64,000 bases of DNA. Source: Minisyncoccota bacterium. Lineage in GTDB: Bacteria; Patescibacteriota; Minisyncoccia; Phycocordibacterales; UBA9973. The DNA lies in NCBI GenBank assembly GCA_041666045.1, contig JBAYHR010000003.1, positions 2,208-66,207 on the forward strand, in the 5' to 3' direction. The notes under the pieces are model-generated. The model was not told the origin of the DNA. It was given only the letters and a program-made list of their open reading frames with translations, and did not search any database. Below, piece by piece: positions 28,442-36,629 of this stretch (positions are counted from its first letter, which is position 1; the number at the start of each line of letters is the position of its first letter). Made by a program: the position numbers and the translations under genes.

Positions 28442-28696
28442 TTATAGTTTTTTACTTTTAACTTCTTCCACATTAGCGAATTCCGACAATTTTTTAATCG
28501 CTTCGATAACTTCTAAAATATCTGCTAATTCTTCAACATTTTTTAATTCAAGAAATTCTTTTGTTTCTTCGTCAAGTTTTTTAAATAATTCTTCTTTATA
28601 TTCTTCTGGGTTTGCAATCCTCTTTTCATAAGAAATACCTCTAGAATCTAAATGTTCTGGTATTTTATCTCTTACCAATTTATTATAACTTTCCAT
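28442..28696 (-). CDS. MazG-like nucleotide pyrophosphohydrolase (all-alpha NTP-PPase)
   Basis: KLVRDKIPE N-terminus and acidic EExxE helices (EELADILEVIEAI). 84 aa. Confidence 0.5.
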   Translation of the reverse strand: MESYNKLVRDKIPEHLDSRGISYEKRIANPEEYKEELFKKLDEETKEFLELKNVEELADILEVIEAIKKLSEFANVEEVKSKKL

Positions 28697-28700
28697 AGTT

Positions 28701-28737
28701 TTATTTTTTATTTTCTACTAGGTCTTTAATTTTTGCG
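28701..28737 (+). repeat. 37-bp direct repeat, copy 2 (authentic 3' end of thrS)
   Basis: Identical 37-mer forming the last 11 codons plus stop of thrS. Confidence 0.85.
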
Positions 28738-30494
28738 AGGAAATCGGAAGATGTAATGTTTTCTAATTTTTCACCTTCACGTCCTTCTACTGTTAGAGTT
28801 TTTGTTTCTTTTTCTTTATCACCAATAACTACAAGATATGGAATCTTTTGCATTTTTGCGCCACGGATTTTTTTACCTAAAGATTCATTTGTATCATCAA
28901 GTTCTACTCGCACTCCATTTTCTTTAAGAGTTTTGAAAACTTCATTAGCAAAATCTAAATGTTTGTCTGTAGAAATTGGTAATATTTTCACTTGAACAGG
29001 GGAAAGCCACAAAGGAAATGCTCCTGCGAAGTGTTCTATAAGCACACCCATGAATCTTTCAAGTGAGCCTGAAATAGCACGATGGATTACCACAGGGCGT
29101 TCTTTTTCATTCTTTTCATTTGCAAAGGATAAATCAAAACGTTCTGGTAAGTTGAAATCACATTGTATTGTAGCAAGTTGCCATTCTCGGCCGATTGAAT
29201 CTTTAAACATAAAGTCTAATTTTGGGCCATAAAAAGCTGCTTCATCTTTCGCTTCACGATAAGGAAGTTTTTCACTTTCACAAACATCTCTCAATGCTTT
29301 TTCTGCTGTGTCCCAAACTTCATCAGATCCTAGATATTTTGTTTTATCATCTCCGCGTAAAGAAAGACGAACCCAGTAATTGTTCATCATTCCGATAACT
29401 CCGTAAAATTCTTTTATGATATTTATGATAGTTTTTATTTCATCACCAATTTGATCTTTTCTGCAGAAAAGATGTCCGTCGTCTTGAGTGATAGCTCGTA
29501 CGCGGGTGAGTCCACCTAATTGTCCAGATTTTTCATCTCTATAAACTGTAGCTGGTTCGAAATATCGGACAGGCATATCACGATAAGAATATTGATCATC
29601 AATAAAGATTTGCATATGGTGAGGGCAGTTCATTGGTTTTAAGAAAAACTTCTCTTCTTTTCCTTGAACACGGAAAAGTTCATCACCAAATTTTGCAGCA
29701 TGTCCTGAAGTTTCGTAAAGTTTTTCTTTTGCTATATGAGGAGTCCATACTCTGGAGTATCCTTTGTCTTTATGTAAATCCCAAAGAAAATCTTCAATAG
29801 CTTTTCGAATAATCATTCCTTTTGGTTTTATAAGTGGCAAACCAGCTCCAACTAAATCAGAAATAGTGAAAAGTCCTAATTCGCGTCCTAATTTTTTATG
29901 GTCTCTTTTTTTAGCTTCTTCTCTTTGATTTATAAAAGCCTCGAGTTCTTCTTTATTTTCAAATGCAAGTCCGTAAATACGAGTAAGCATTTTGTTTTTT
30001 TCATCTCCGCGCCAGTATGCTCCCGCCACGCGATCTAATTTGAAACAATCAGGTGAGATTTCTTTTGAAGGATTTTCCATATGTCCTCCACGGCAAAGAT
30101 CTGTAAATTTACCACAAGTATAAAGAGTTATTTTTTCATTTTTTAATCCATCTATCAATTCTGTTTTGTATTCATTACCAGAAAAATATTTTTTTGCTTC
30201 ATCAAAAGTTTTTTCTTCTACAGAAAATTCTTTCCAAGTTTTTAATATTTCTCGCATCTTCTTTTCTATCTTTGGAAGATCTTTATCAGAAATAGGGGAT
30301 TTGAAATCAAAGTCATAATAAAATCCGTCATCTATTGGTGGCCCTAAAGTCACTTTTGTTTCAGGATATATTTCCAAAACAGCTGCTGCTAAAAGGTGAG
30401 CTAAAGAATGTCTTAAATTGTGTAATTTATCGTTTGTTTCCATAAGTCTTATAATATCATATTTTTTTATTTTTTCTACTAATTTATTTTGCAT
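28701..30494 (-). CDS. thrS: threonine--tRNA ligase
   Basis: N2 editing domain (RHSLAHLL), class II core (RDHKKLGRELGLF, HRAISGSLERFMGVLIEH) and a C-terminal anticodon-binding domain. Confidence 0.9.
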   Translation of the reverse strand: MQNKLVEKIKKYDIIRLMETNDKLHNLRHSLAHLLAAAVLEIYPETKVTLGPPIDDGFYYDFDFKSPISDKDLPKIEKKMREILKTWKEFSVEEKTFDEAKKYFSGNEYKTELIDGLKNEKITLYTCGKFTDLCRGGHMENPSKEISPDCFKLDRVAGAYWRGDEKNKMLTRIYGLAFENKEELEAFINQREEAKKRDHKKLGRELGLFTISDLVGAGLPLIKPKGMIIRKAIEDFLWDLHKDKGYSRVWTPHIAKEKLYETSGHAAKFGDELFRVQGKEEKFFLKPMNCPHHMQIFIDDQYSYRDMPVRYFEPATVYRDEKSGQLGGLTRVRAITQDDGHLFCRKDQIGDEIKTIINIIKEFYGVIGMMNNYWVRLSLRGDDKTKYLGSDEVWDTAEKALRDVCESEKLPYREAKDEAAFYGPKLDFMFKDSIGREWQLATIQCDFNLPERFDLSFANEKNEKERPVVIHRAISGSLERFMGVLIEHFAGAFPLWLSPVQVKILPISTDKHLDFANEVFKTLKENGVRVELDDTNESLGKKIRGAKMQKIPYLVVIGDKEKETKTLTVEGREGEKLENITSSDFLAKIKDLVENKK

Positions 30495-30526
30495 TTTATA
30501 TTTAATATGTTAGTATAGATTACATT

Positions 30527-30754
30527 ATGGTAGTAAGAATGAGACATACAAAATCGCATACAGCCAACAGGCGTTCACATCATGCTCTAAAAAGCACGAG
30601 TTTTGCAAAGTGTGAGAATTGCAAGGAATTAAAGAGACGTCACACAGTTTGCCAATCTTGTGGATTTTACCGTGGTATGAAGGTTATTGATTTGATAAAA
30701 AAGACAGAAAAGAAGCAAAAGAAAGCAAAGGCTAAAAAAGTAGAAGCAAAATAA
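30527..30754 (+). CDS. rpmF: 50S ribosomal protein L32 with K-rich C-terminal tail
   Basis: N-terminal RRSHHAL motif and zinc ribbon CENC...CQSCG. Confidence 0.8.
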   Translation: MVVRMRHTKSHTANRRSHHALKSTSFAKCENCKELKRRHTVCQSCGFYRGMKVIDLIKKTEKKQKKAKAKKVEAK

Positions 30755-30768
30755 AAATAAGTTAATTT

Positions 30769-31689
30769 TTGTTTTTTAAAATTATGGCAAATAGGCACCT
30801 TTCCAGATCAATAGTGCTCCAGACGCTTTTTGAGTGGGATTTTAACGGCGCAAAAGAAACTAATATTAAAGAAATAGTAAATCGTGATCTAAACGAATTT
30901 GCTCCAGGATTAGAAGATGATGTATTCGTTTTTTCATTAGTTGAACAGATATTTAAAAAGAGAAAAGTTATTGATGAAATAATAGAAAAAGCTGCGCCAG
31001 ATTGGCCTATTGATAAAATTTCTGTCGTTGATAGAAATATTTTAAGAATCGGTTTAACTGAGCTTCTTTTTGGCGATAGAAACCAAGTTCCTCCCAAAGT
31101 TGCTATTAATGAAGCGATAGAATTGGCAAAAACTTTCGGTGGAGAAAATTCTAGTAAATTTGTGAATGGAGTGCTCGGCGCAGTTTACAAAGAAATAGGG
31201 GAACCAGGGAAAGATGAAATAAGTAAAAAGAAAAAGAAAGATGACGAGCCAGTAGATATTACGAAACTACCAGTAGAAAAATTAGGAGGGGCTTTGATTT
31301 ATGCAAAAAAAGATAACAATGTTTTGTTTGCATTAGTTCATGATGTTTTTGGTTATTGGACATTATCAAAAGGGCACATAGAAGAAGGTGAGAATGAAGA
31401 AGATGGTACAAAAAGAGAAATAAAAGAAGAGATCAATCTTGATATAGAAATAAAAGAAAAGCTCGGAGAGAATGAATATGTTGCTAGTCATCCAGAAAAA
31501 GGTAAGACTTTAAAGAAAGTAATATATTTCTTAGCAGAAAGTCCTTATCGAGAGCTTGTGCTTGAGAGTTCAGGTGGCCTTGATGGGGCAAGATGGTTCC
31601 AGCTTTCTGAAATTCCAGAGCTTCGTATTTATAACGACATTATTCCATTAATTGAAAAAGCAATTGATATTATTAGTAAAAAAAAGTAA
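30769..31689 (+). CDS. nusB: NusB antitermination factor fused to a C-terminal Nudix hydrolase domain
   Basis: NusB fold in residues 1-140 (RSIVLQTLFEWDF..., ILRIGLTELLF). Nudix box GHIEEGENEEDGTKREIKEEINL at residues 200-225. Confidence 0.75.
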   Translation: MFFKIMANRHLSRSIVLQTLFEWDFNGAKETNIKEIVNRDLNEFAPGLEDDVFVFSLVEQIFKKRKVIDEIIEKAAPDWPIDKISVVDRNILRIGLTELLFGDRNQVPPKVAINEAIELAKTFGGENSSKFVNGVLGAVYKEIGEPGKDEISKKKKKDDEPVDITKLPVEKLGGALIYAKKDNNVLFALVHDVFGYWTLSKGHIEEGENEEDGTKREIKEEINLDIEIKEKLGENEYVASHPEKGKTLKKVIYFLAESPYRELVLESSGGLDGARWFQLSEIPELRIYNDIIPLIEKAIDIISKKK

Positions 31690-31740
31690 CTAGGGCCCTA
31701 GGCTTTAGGCTTTAGCAAAAATGCTAGCGCCTAGTGCCTA

Positions 31741-32451
31741 ATGCCTATAATCAAAATGATTAACTTTTCAGATTTTGAGAAAAAAACTAAGGTAGTTTTT
31801 AAAGATAAAGGTTTACTCAAACAAGCTTTTATACATCGTTCTTATATTAATGAAAATCCAAATGTTGGGCTTTCGCACAATGAACGATTGGAATTTTTAG
31901 GCGATGCAGTGCTTGAGCTTATCGTTACAGATTTTCTTTATAAAAAATATCCTTCTTATACAGAAGGAGAATTGACTGCTATTCGTTCAGCTCTTGTGAA
32001 TGCGATAATTATTTCTGAAATTGCTTTAAAAATAGGAATGAACGATTTCTTGCTTTTATCAAAAGGTGAGACAAAAGATGTTGGTAAAGCGCGTCAATAT
32101 ATATTGGCTAATACTTATGAAGCATATGTTGGTGCAGTTTATTTAGATCAAGGGTATGATGTCGCAAATAGATTTATTTCAGAATCTCTTTTGCATCATA
32201 CAGATGAAATAGTTTCAAAGAAACTTTGGCGTGATGCAAAAAGTTTGGTTCAAGAAAAAGCTCAAGAATTCGTAGGGGTGACTCCTTCTTATAAAGTTAT
32301 AAGTGAATCAGGTCCTGATCATGACAAGCATTTTACTGTAGGTATTTTGTTCGGAGGAGAATTAATAACAGAAGGAAAAGGGAAATCTAAACAAGAAGCT
32401 GAGCAAAAAGCCGCCGAATCTGCATTAAAAATCAAAAATTGGTTGGATTGA
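31741..32451 (+). CDS. rnc: ribonuclease III
   Basis: Signature NERLEFLGDAVLEL and a C-terminal dsRBD. Confidence 0.9.
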   Translation: MPIIKMINFSDFEKKTKVVFKDKGLLKQAFIHRSYINENPNVGLSHNERLEFLGDAVLELIVTDFLYKKYPSYTEGELTAIRSALVNAIIISEIALKIGMNDFLLLSKGETKDVGKARQYILANTYEAYVGAVYLDQGYDVANRFISESLLHHTDEIVSKKLWRDAKSLVQEKAQEFVGVTPSYKVISESGPDHDKHFTVGILFGGELITEGKGKSKQEAEQKAAESALKIKNWLD

Positions 32452-32478
32452 ACCCGGAAGTAGATTTTGAGATAGATT

Positions 32479-34194
32479 ATGAAAAGTGAAACAAAAAAAT
32501 GTCAAAACTGTAAAAATGACTTCATAATAGAGCCTGAAGATTTTAATTTTTATGAAAAAATAAAAGTCCCTCCACCAACTTTTTGTCCACATTGTCGTTT
32601 TGTAAGAAGAATGGCTTATCGTAATGAAAGAACTTTATTTAAACGTTTTTGTGATTTATGTAAAAGAAATATTATATCAATATATCCCTCAAGTGTAGTT
32701 TTTCCAGTATATTGCAAAGAATGCTGGTATTTGGATAAGTGGGAAGCGACAGAATATGGTAGGGATTATGATTTTTCTAGGCCATTTTTTGAACAGTTAA
32801 AGGAATTATTTTTTTCTGTTCCTCATCTTGCAATTTGGCAGAGAAATGTAATAAATTCTGAATTTTCAAATATGATAGGTGAGTGCAAGAATGTTTATCT
32901 TTCTTCATCAGTTGTTCTTGGTAGTGAAAATGTTTTTTATTCAAAAATAGTTGATAAATCCAGTAATATTTTTGATAGTTATGGGATAAAAGATTCAGAT
33001 AAACTATATGAAAATCTTGAATGTGAAAAAAATTATAATTCACAACATTTAATTCTTTCTAATAATTGCTTAGATTCTTATTTTCTTATTGATTGTAGAA
33101 ATTGTAGTAATTGTATTTTATCCAATAATTTGCGTAATAAACAATATTTTATACGTAATAAAAAATATTCCAAGGAAGATTATTTTAAAGAGTTGGGAAA
33201 TTTAAATTTAGGAAGTAGAAAATCACGTGAAATTTTAATAAAAGAATTTGAAAAAATAAAAAAGAATGCTATCTATCGTTTTGCTAATATTAACAAATCA
33301 ATTAGTTCAACTGGAAACAATTTATTGAATGTTAAAAATTGTATAAATTGTTTTGATGTTTACAATACTGAAAATTCAAAAAATTGTTATCGTGTTATTT
33401 CCAATAAAGACAGTATGGATGTTGATTTTGGAGGAGTGGCAGAATTGCTTTATGAATATAGTACTGGTGCATTAAATGACTACAATGTTAGATTTTCATA
33501 TTCAGCTATGGAGTCAGTGCAAAATGCCGAATATACGGAATCTTGTATTTCTTCATCTAATATTTTTGGATGTAACAGTTTAAAGAAAAAGGAATATGTA
33601 ATTTTTAATAAAATTTATTCTAAAGAAGGATTTTACGAGCTTCGCGAGAAAATAATTGAGCATATGAATTCTATGCCATTTATTGGTAATAATGGCAGGG
33701 TATATAGATATGGAGAATTTTTTCCTGTAGAATTTTCTCATTTTTCATATAACGAAAGTTGTGCTCAAGATTTTTTTCCACTTACAAAAAATGAAATTCT
33801 AGAGAAGGGATATATTTGGCATGAGCCAGAAGAAAAAAATAATATCTACACTATTTCTGCTGAACTTATCCCGGACGATATAAAAGAAGTTGAAAATAAA
33901 ATTTTAAATGAGGCCTTACAATGTTTACATAACAGGGAATGCAATCATCAATGTACGAAAGCATTTCGTTTAACACAAGATGAGTTTTCTTTTTACAAAG
34001 AACACAATATTCCAATTCCAAATAAATGTTACAATTGTAGATATTATGGAAGATTTCAAAAGATTTTACCTCTCAAACTCTGGTATCGAAAGTGTATGAA
34101 AGAAGGATGTAATAATGAATTTGAAACAAGTTATGATCCAGAAAGACCTGAAATCGTGTATTGTGAGCGTTGTTATCAGCAAGAGGTATATTAG
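32479..34194 (+). CDS. cysteine-rich repeat protein: terminal double zinc-ribbon modules flanking ~12-residue Asn/Ser/Cys-rich repeats
   Basis: N- and C-terminal modules are related to each other. The N-terminal one reads CQNCKNDFIIEPEDFNFYEKIKVPPPTFCPHCR and the C-terminal one CNHQCTKAFRLTQDEFSFYKEHNIPIPNKCYNCR. The central region has a periodic pattern [S/C]xN[VIL][FY]xS... Confidence 0.6.
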   Translation: MKSETKKCQNCKNDFIIEPEDFNFYEKIKVPPPTFCPHCRFVRRMAYRNERTLFKRFCDLCKRNIISIYPSSVVFPVYCKECWYLDKWEATEYGRDYDFSRPFFEQLKELFFSVPHLAIWQRNVINSEFSNMIGECKNVYLSSSVVLGSENVFYSKIVDKSSNIFDSYGIKDSDKLYENLECEKNYNSQHLILSNNCLDSYFLIDCRNCSNCILSNNLRNKQYFIRNKKYSKEDYFKELGNLNLGSRKSREILIKEFEKIKKNAIYRFANINKSISSTGNNLLNVKNCINCFDVYNTENSKNCYRVISNKDSMDVDFGGVAELLYEYSTGALNDYNVRFSYSAMESVQNAEYTESCISSSNIFGCNSLKKKEYVIFNKIYSKEGFYELREKIIEHMNSMPFIGNNGRVYRYGEFFPVEFSHFSYNESCAQDFFPLTKNEILEKGYIWHEPEEKNNIYTISAELIPDDIKEVENKILNEALQCLHNRECNHQCTKAFRLTQDEFSFYKEHNIPIPNKCYNCRYYGRFQKILPLKLWYRKCMKEGCNNEFETSYDPERPEIVYCERCYQQEVY

Positions 34195-34210
34195 TGATAT
34201 AATCAAAGTT

Positions 34211-36310
34211 ATGCGACTTAAGAATCTAGAAATAAACGGTTTTAAATCTTTTTCTAAAAAAACAACTTTGGAGTTTTTGAGCCCGATAGTTTCAGTTGTT
34301 GGTCCAAATGGTTCTGGAAAATCAAATGTCGTAGAAGCTATTCGTTTTGTGCTTGGAGAACAATCAATGAAATCAATGCGTGGAAAGCTAGGGCTAGATT
34401 TGATATTCAAGGGATCTAAATTTTTACCAAAAGGCTCAAGAGCATCAGTTACAATTTATTTTAATAATTCTGATAAAGTTTTTAAACTTTCAAATGAAGT
34501 TGGTGAGAATGTTGATTTGAATTACGATACTGTTTCTATCTCCAGAGAAGTATATTCTGATGGTGTTAATAAATATATTTTAAACGGTAGTGAAGTAAGA
34601 TTGAAAGATATAAACAATCTTTTAGCTTCTGTTAATATTGGTTCTTCTGGTCACCATATCATTTCTCAGGGTGAAGCAGATAGAATTTTGAATGCGTCAG
34701 GAAAAGACAGAAGAGAAATGATAGAAGATGCCTTAGGTTTAAAAATTTATCAATATAAAATAAAAGAATCTGAAAGAAAACTTGAACGTACCAGTAATAA
34801 TATGAAAGAAGTTTCTTTGCTTCGCAGAGAAAACGCTCCACACCTTAATTTTTTAAGAAAACAAGTTGAAAAATTCGAAAAAGCAAAAGAGATGAAGATA
34901 GATCTTCTTTCTTTGTATAGAGAATATTTAAAGAGAGAAGAAATTTATCTTGATAGTGAAAAAAATGTAATAAATTCTGATAAAAAAGATTTAGAAGAAA
35001 AACTTTCAGTTATAGAGCATAGTTTTTTGGAATTAGGGAGTAAGCCAGAAGAAAAGGAAAACAATGCTTATGGAGAAATGCGAGAGGAAGAAAGAAAAAT
35101 ATCAGAGCTAAGAACTCTTAAAGATGAATTTTCTAGAAAATTAGGACGTACACAAGCAATGCTTGAATTAAAAGAAAATAGAGTAAAAATGGCAGGTAAA
35201 TGTCCAGTTTGCGGTAGTATTGTTGCGAAAAAAGAAGAAGATGAAAAAGAATTTGCTGAATTAAAAGATACAGAAAATAAAATCAAATCTGACATAGCTG
35301 ATCTTATAGAAAAAGAGAAAGAATCACAGGCAAAAATAGAGTCATTCAAGATTGTTATAGACGTGGATAAAGATAAAAAAAGATCAGGAGATGTAAAAAG
35401 GCTTGAGTTAACAATGGATAAAAATAAAATTTTATCAGAACTTAATTTGGTAAAGATTAAAGAAGATCAACTTTCTCATATAGAAAATGATTTTTTGAAT
35501 GAAATAAAAGAAGGTGGGGCATTAATAGGACAAGATATATTATCCTATAAAAATTTTCAAACTGAGATGGTTGATAGAAGCCTTCAAGAAGAAGTAAGAA
35601 GAAAAATTGAAAGAATAAAAATAAAATTAGAAGATGCTGGAATGGGTGGAGGAGTTGAAGTGATAAAAGAATTTGAAGAAGTAACAGAACGTGATAAGTT
35701 TTTGGAAAAAGAAATGGAAGATCTCTCAAAGAGCATAGAGTCATTACAGAAATTAATGGCAGATTTAAAAGAAAAGATAGATATAGAATTTAAAGAAGGT
35801 ATTAAAAAAATAAATGTTGAATTTCAAGAACTATTTTCTCTTATGTTCGGCGGGGGAACAGCAAATCTTTTAATTACAACTGAAGATAAAAGAAAGAAAG
35901 ATAAAGACGATGATTTTGCTGGAGACGTTGAGGAAAATGAAGAAGAAAAAATTGAACAGGGAATAGAAATAAATGTATCTTTACCTCATAAAAAAGTTAA
36001 AGAACTTCATGCTTTGTCAGGAGGGGAAAGATCTCTTACTTCTATCGCATTATTGTTTGCAATGTCACAGGTGAATCCTCCACCATTTTTAGTGCTTGAT
36101 GAAACTGATGCCGCTCTTGATGAAGCAAATTCTCGTAAATATGGAGATATGTTAGAGAAGCTTTCAAAGCATTCACAGCTTATAGTTGTGACTCATAATC
36201 GTGAGACAATGAGTCGCGCTGGGGTACTTTATGGAGTGACAATAGGCGCTGATGGGGCATCTAAGTTATTATCTGTCAAGTTTGAAGAGGCTACAGCTAT
36301 TGCAAAATAA
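34211..36310 (+). CDS. smc: SMC/Rad50-family ATPase, short form with central CxxC zinc-hook-like motif
   Basis: Walker A GPNGSGKSNVVEAIRFVLGE. C-terminal signature LSGGERSLTSIALLFA plus Walker B FLVLDETDAALD. Long coiled coil with central GKCPVCGS. The ORF-track start at 34115 is probably too far upstream. Confidence 0.8.
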   Translation: MRLKNLEINGFKSFSKKTTLEFLSPIVSVVGPNGSGKSNVVEAIRFVLGEQSMKSMRGKLGLDLIFKGSKFLPKGSRASVTIYFNNSDKVFKLSNEVGENVDLNYDTVSISREVYSDGVNKYILNGSEVRLKDINNLLASVNIGSSGHHIISQGEADRILNASGKDRREMIEDALGLKIYQYKIKESERKLERTSNNMKEVSLLRRENAPHLNFLRKQVEKFEKAKEMKIDLLSLYREYLKREEIYLDSEKNVINSDKKDLEEKLSVIEHSFLELGSKPEEKENNAYGEMREEERKISELRTLKDEFSRKLGRTQAMLELKENRVKMAGKCPVCGSIVAKKEEDEKEFAELKDTENKIKSDIADLIEKEKESQAKIESFKIVIDVDKDKKRSGDVKRLELTMDKNKILSELNLVKIKEDQLSHIENDFLNEIKEGGALIGQDILSYKNFQTEMVDRSLQEEVRRKIERIKIKLEDAGMGGGVEVIKEFEEVTERDKFLEKEMEDLSKSIESLQKLMADLKEKIDIEFKEGIKKINVEFQELFSLMFGGGTANLLITTEDKRKKDKDDDFAGDVEENEEEKIEQGIEINVSLPHKKVKELHALSGGERSLTSIALLFAMSQVNPPPFLVLDETDAALDEANSRKYGDMLEKLSKHSQLIVVTHNRETMSRAGVLYGVTIGADGASKLLSVKFEEATAIAK

Positions 36311-36324
36311 GGGTTTTATAACTA

Positions 36325-36352
36325 TTGACTTTATACTATATATGGTATATAA
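36325..36352 (+). promoter_or_regulatory. near-consensus sigma70 promoter
   Basis: TTGACT, 16-nt spacer, TATAAT. Lies about 50 nt upstream of the 58-aa ORF. Confidence 0.6.
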
Positions 36353-36401
36353 TACATAAGGAGTATAGTTTTAGTTAAAAATTTAATAAAAACCAATAAT
36401 T

Positions 36402-36578
36402 ATGGAAAATTCAAATTTCAATTTACCTGTTTCTATTCAAAATGGACAAGAAGAAGTAAAAACAATTTCTTTTGGTGGAAGAATTATTTTTGGGATGTCA
36501 ATGTTCTTTTGCTTGTTATTAGGAACACTTGCCTATCTTGACAGATGGGTACCATTCTTAAATCATTTATTGAAATAA
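36402..36578 (+). CDS. small (58 aa) membrane peptide
   Basis: Preceded by a near-consensus sigma70 promoter. Has one hydrophobic helix. Not on the ORF track because it is shorter than 60 aa. Confidence 0.3.
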   Translation: MENSNFNLPVSIQNGQEEVKTISFGGRIIFGMSMFFCLLLGTLAYLDRWVPFLNHLLK

Positions 36579-36629
36579 AAAATTTTAATTAAAAAAACGT
36601 TGAGTATTTACTTGGCGTTTTTTTATTTT

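Larger units (their letters stand above)
26958..28737 (+). mobile_element. putative integrated islet at the 3' end of thrS (Xis-like HTH, Doc toxin, UDG, MazG-like), bounded by 37-bp direct repeats
   Basis: One repeat reconstitutes the thrS C-terminus, att-like. Cargo is an excisionase-family HTH and a toxin. No integrase is present. Confidence 0.45.

Noticed and set aside
34115-34210. Upstream extension of the SMC-like ORF (MNLKQVMIQKDL...) overlapping the end of the Cys-rich gene
   Set aside because: The canonical SMC N-terminus, MRLKNLEINGFKSF, starts at the ATG at 34211. The upstream extension overlaps the preceding gene.
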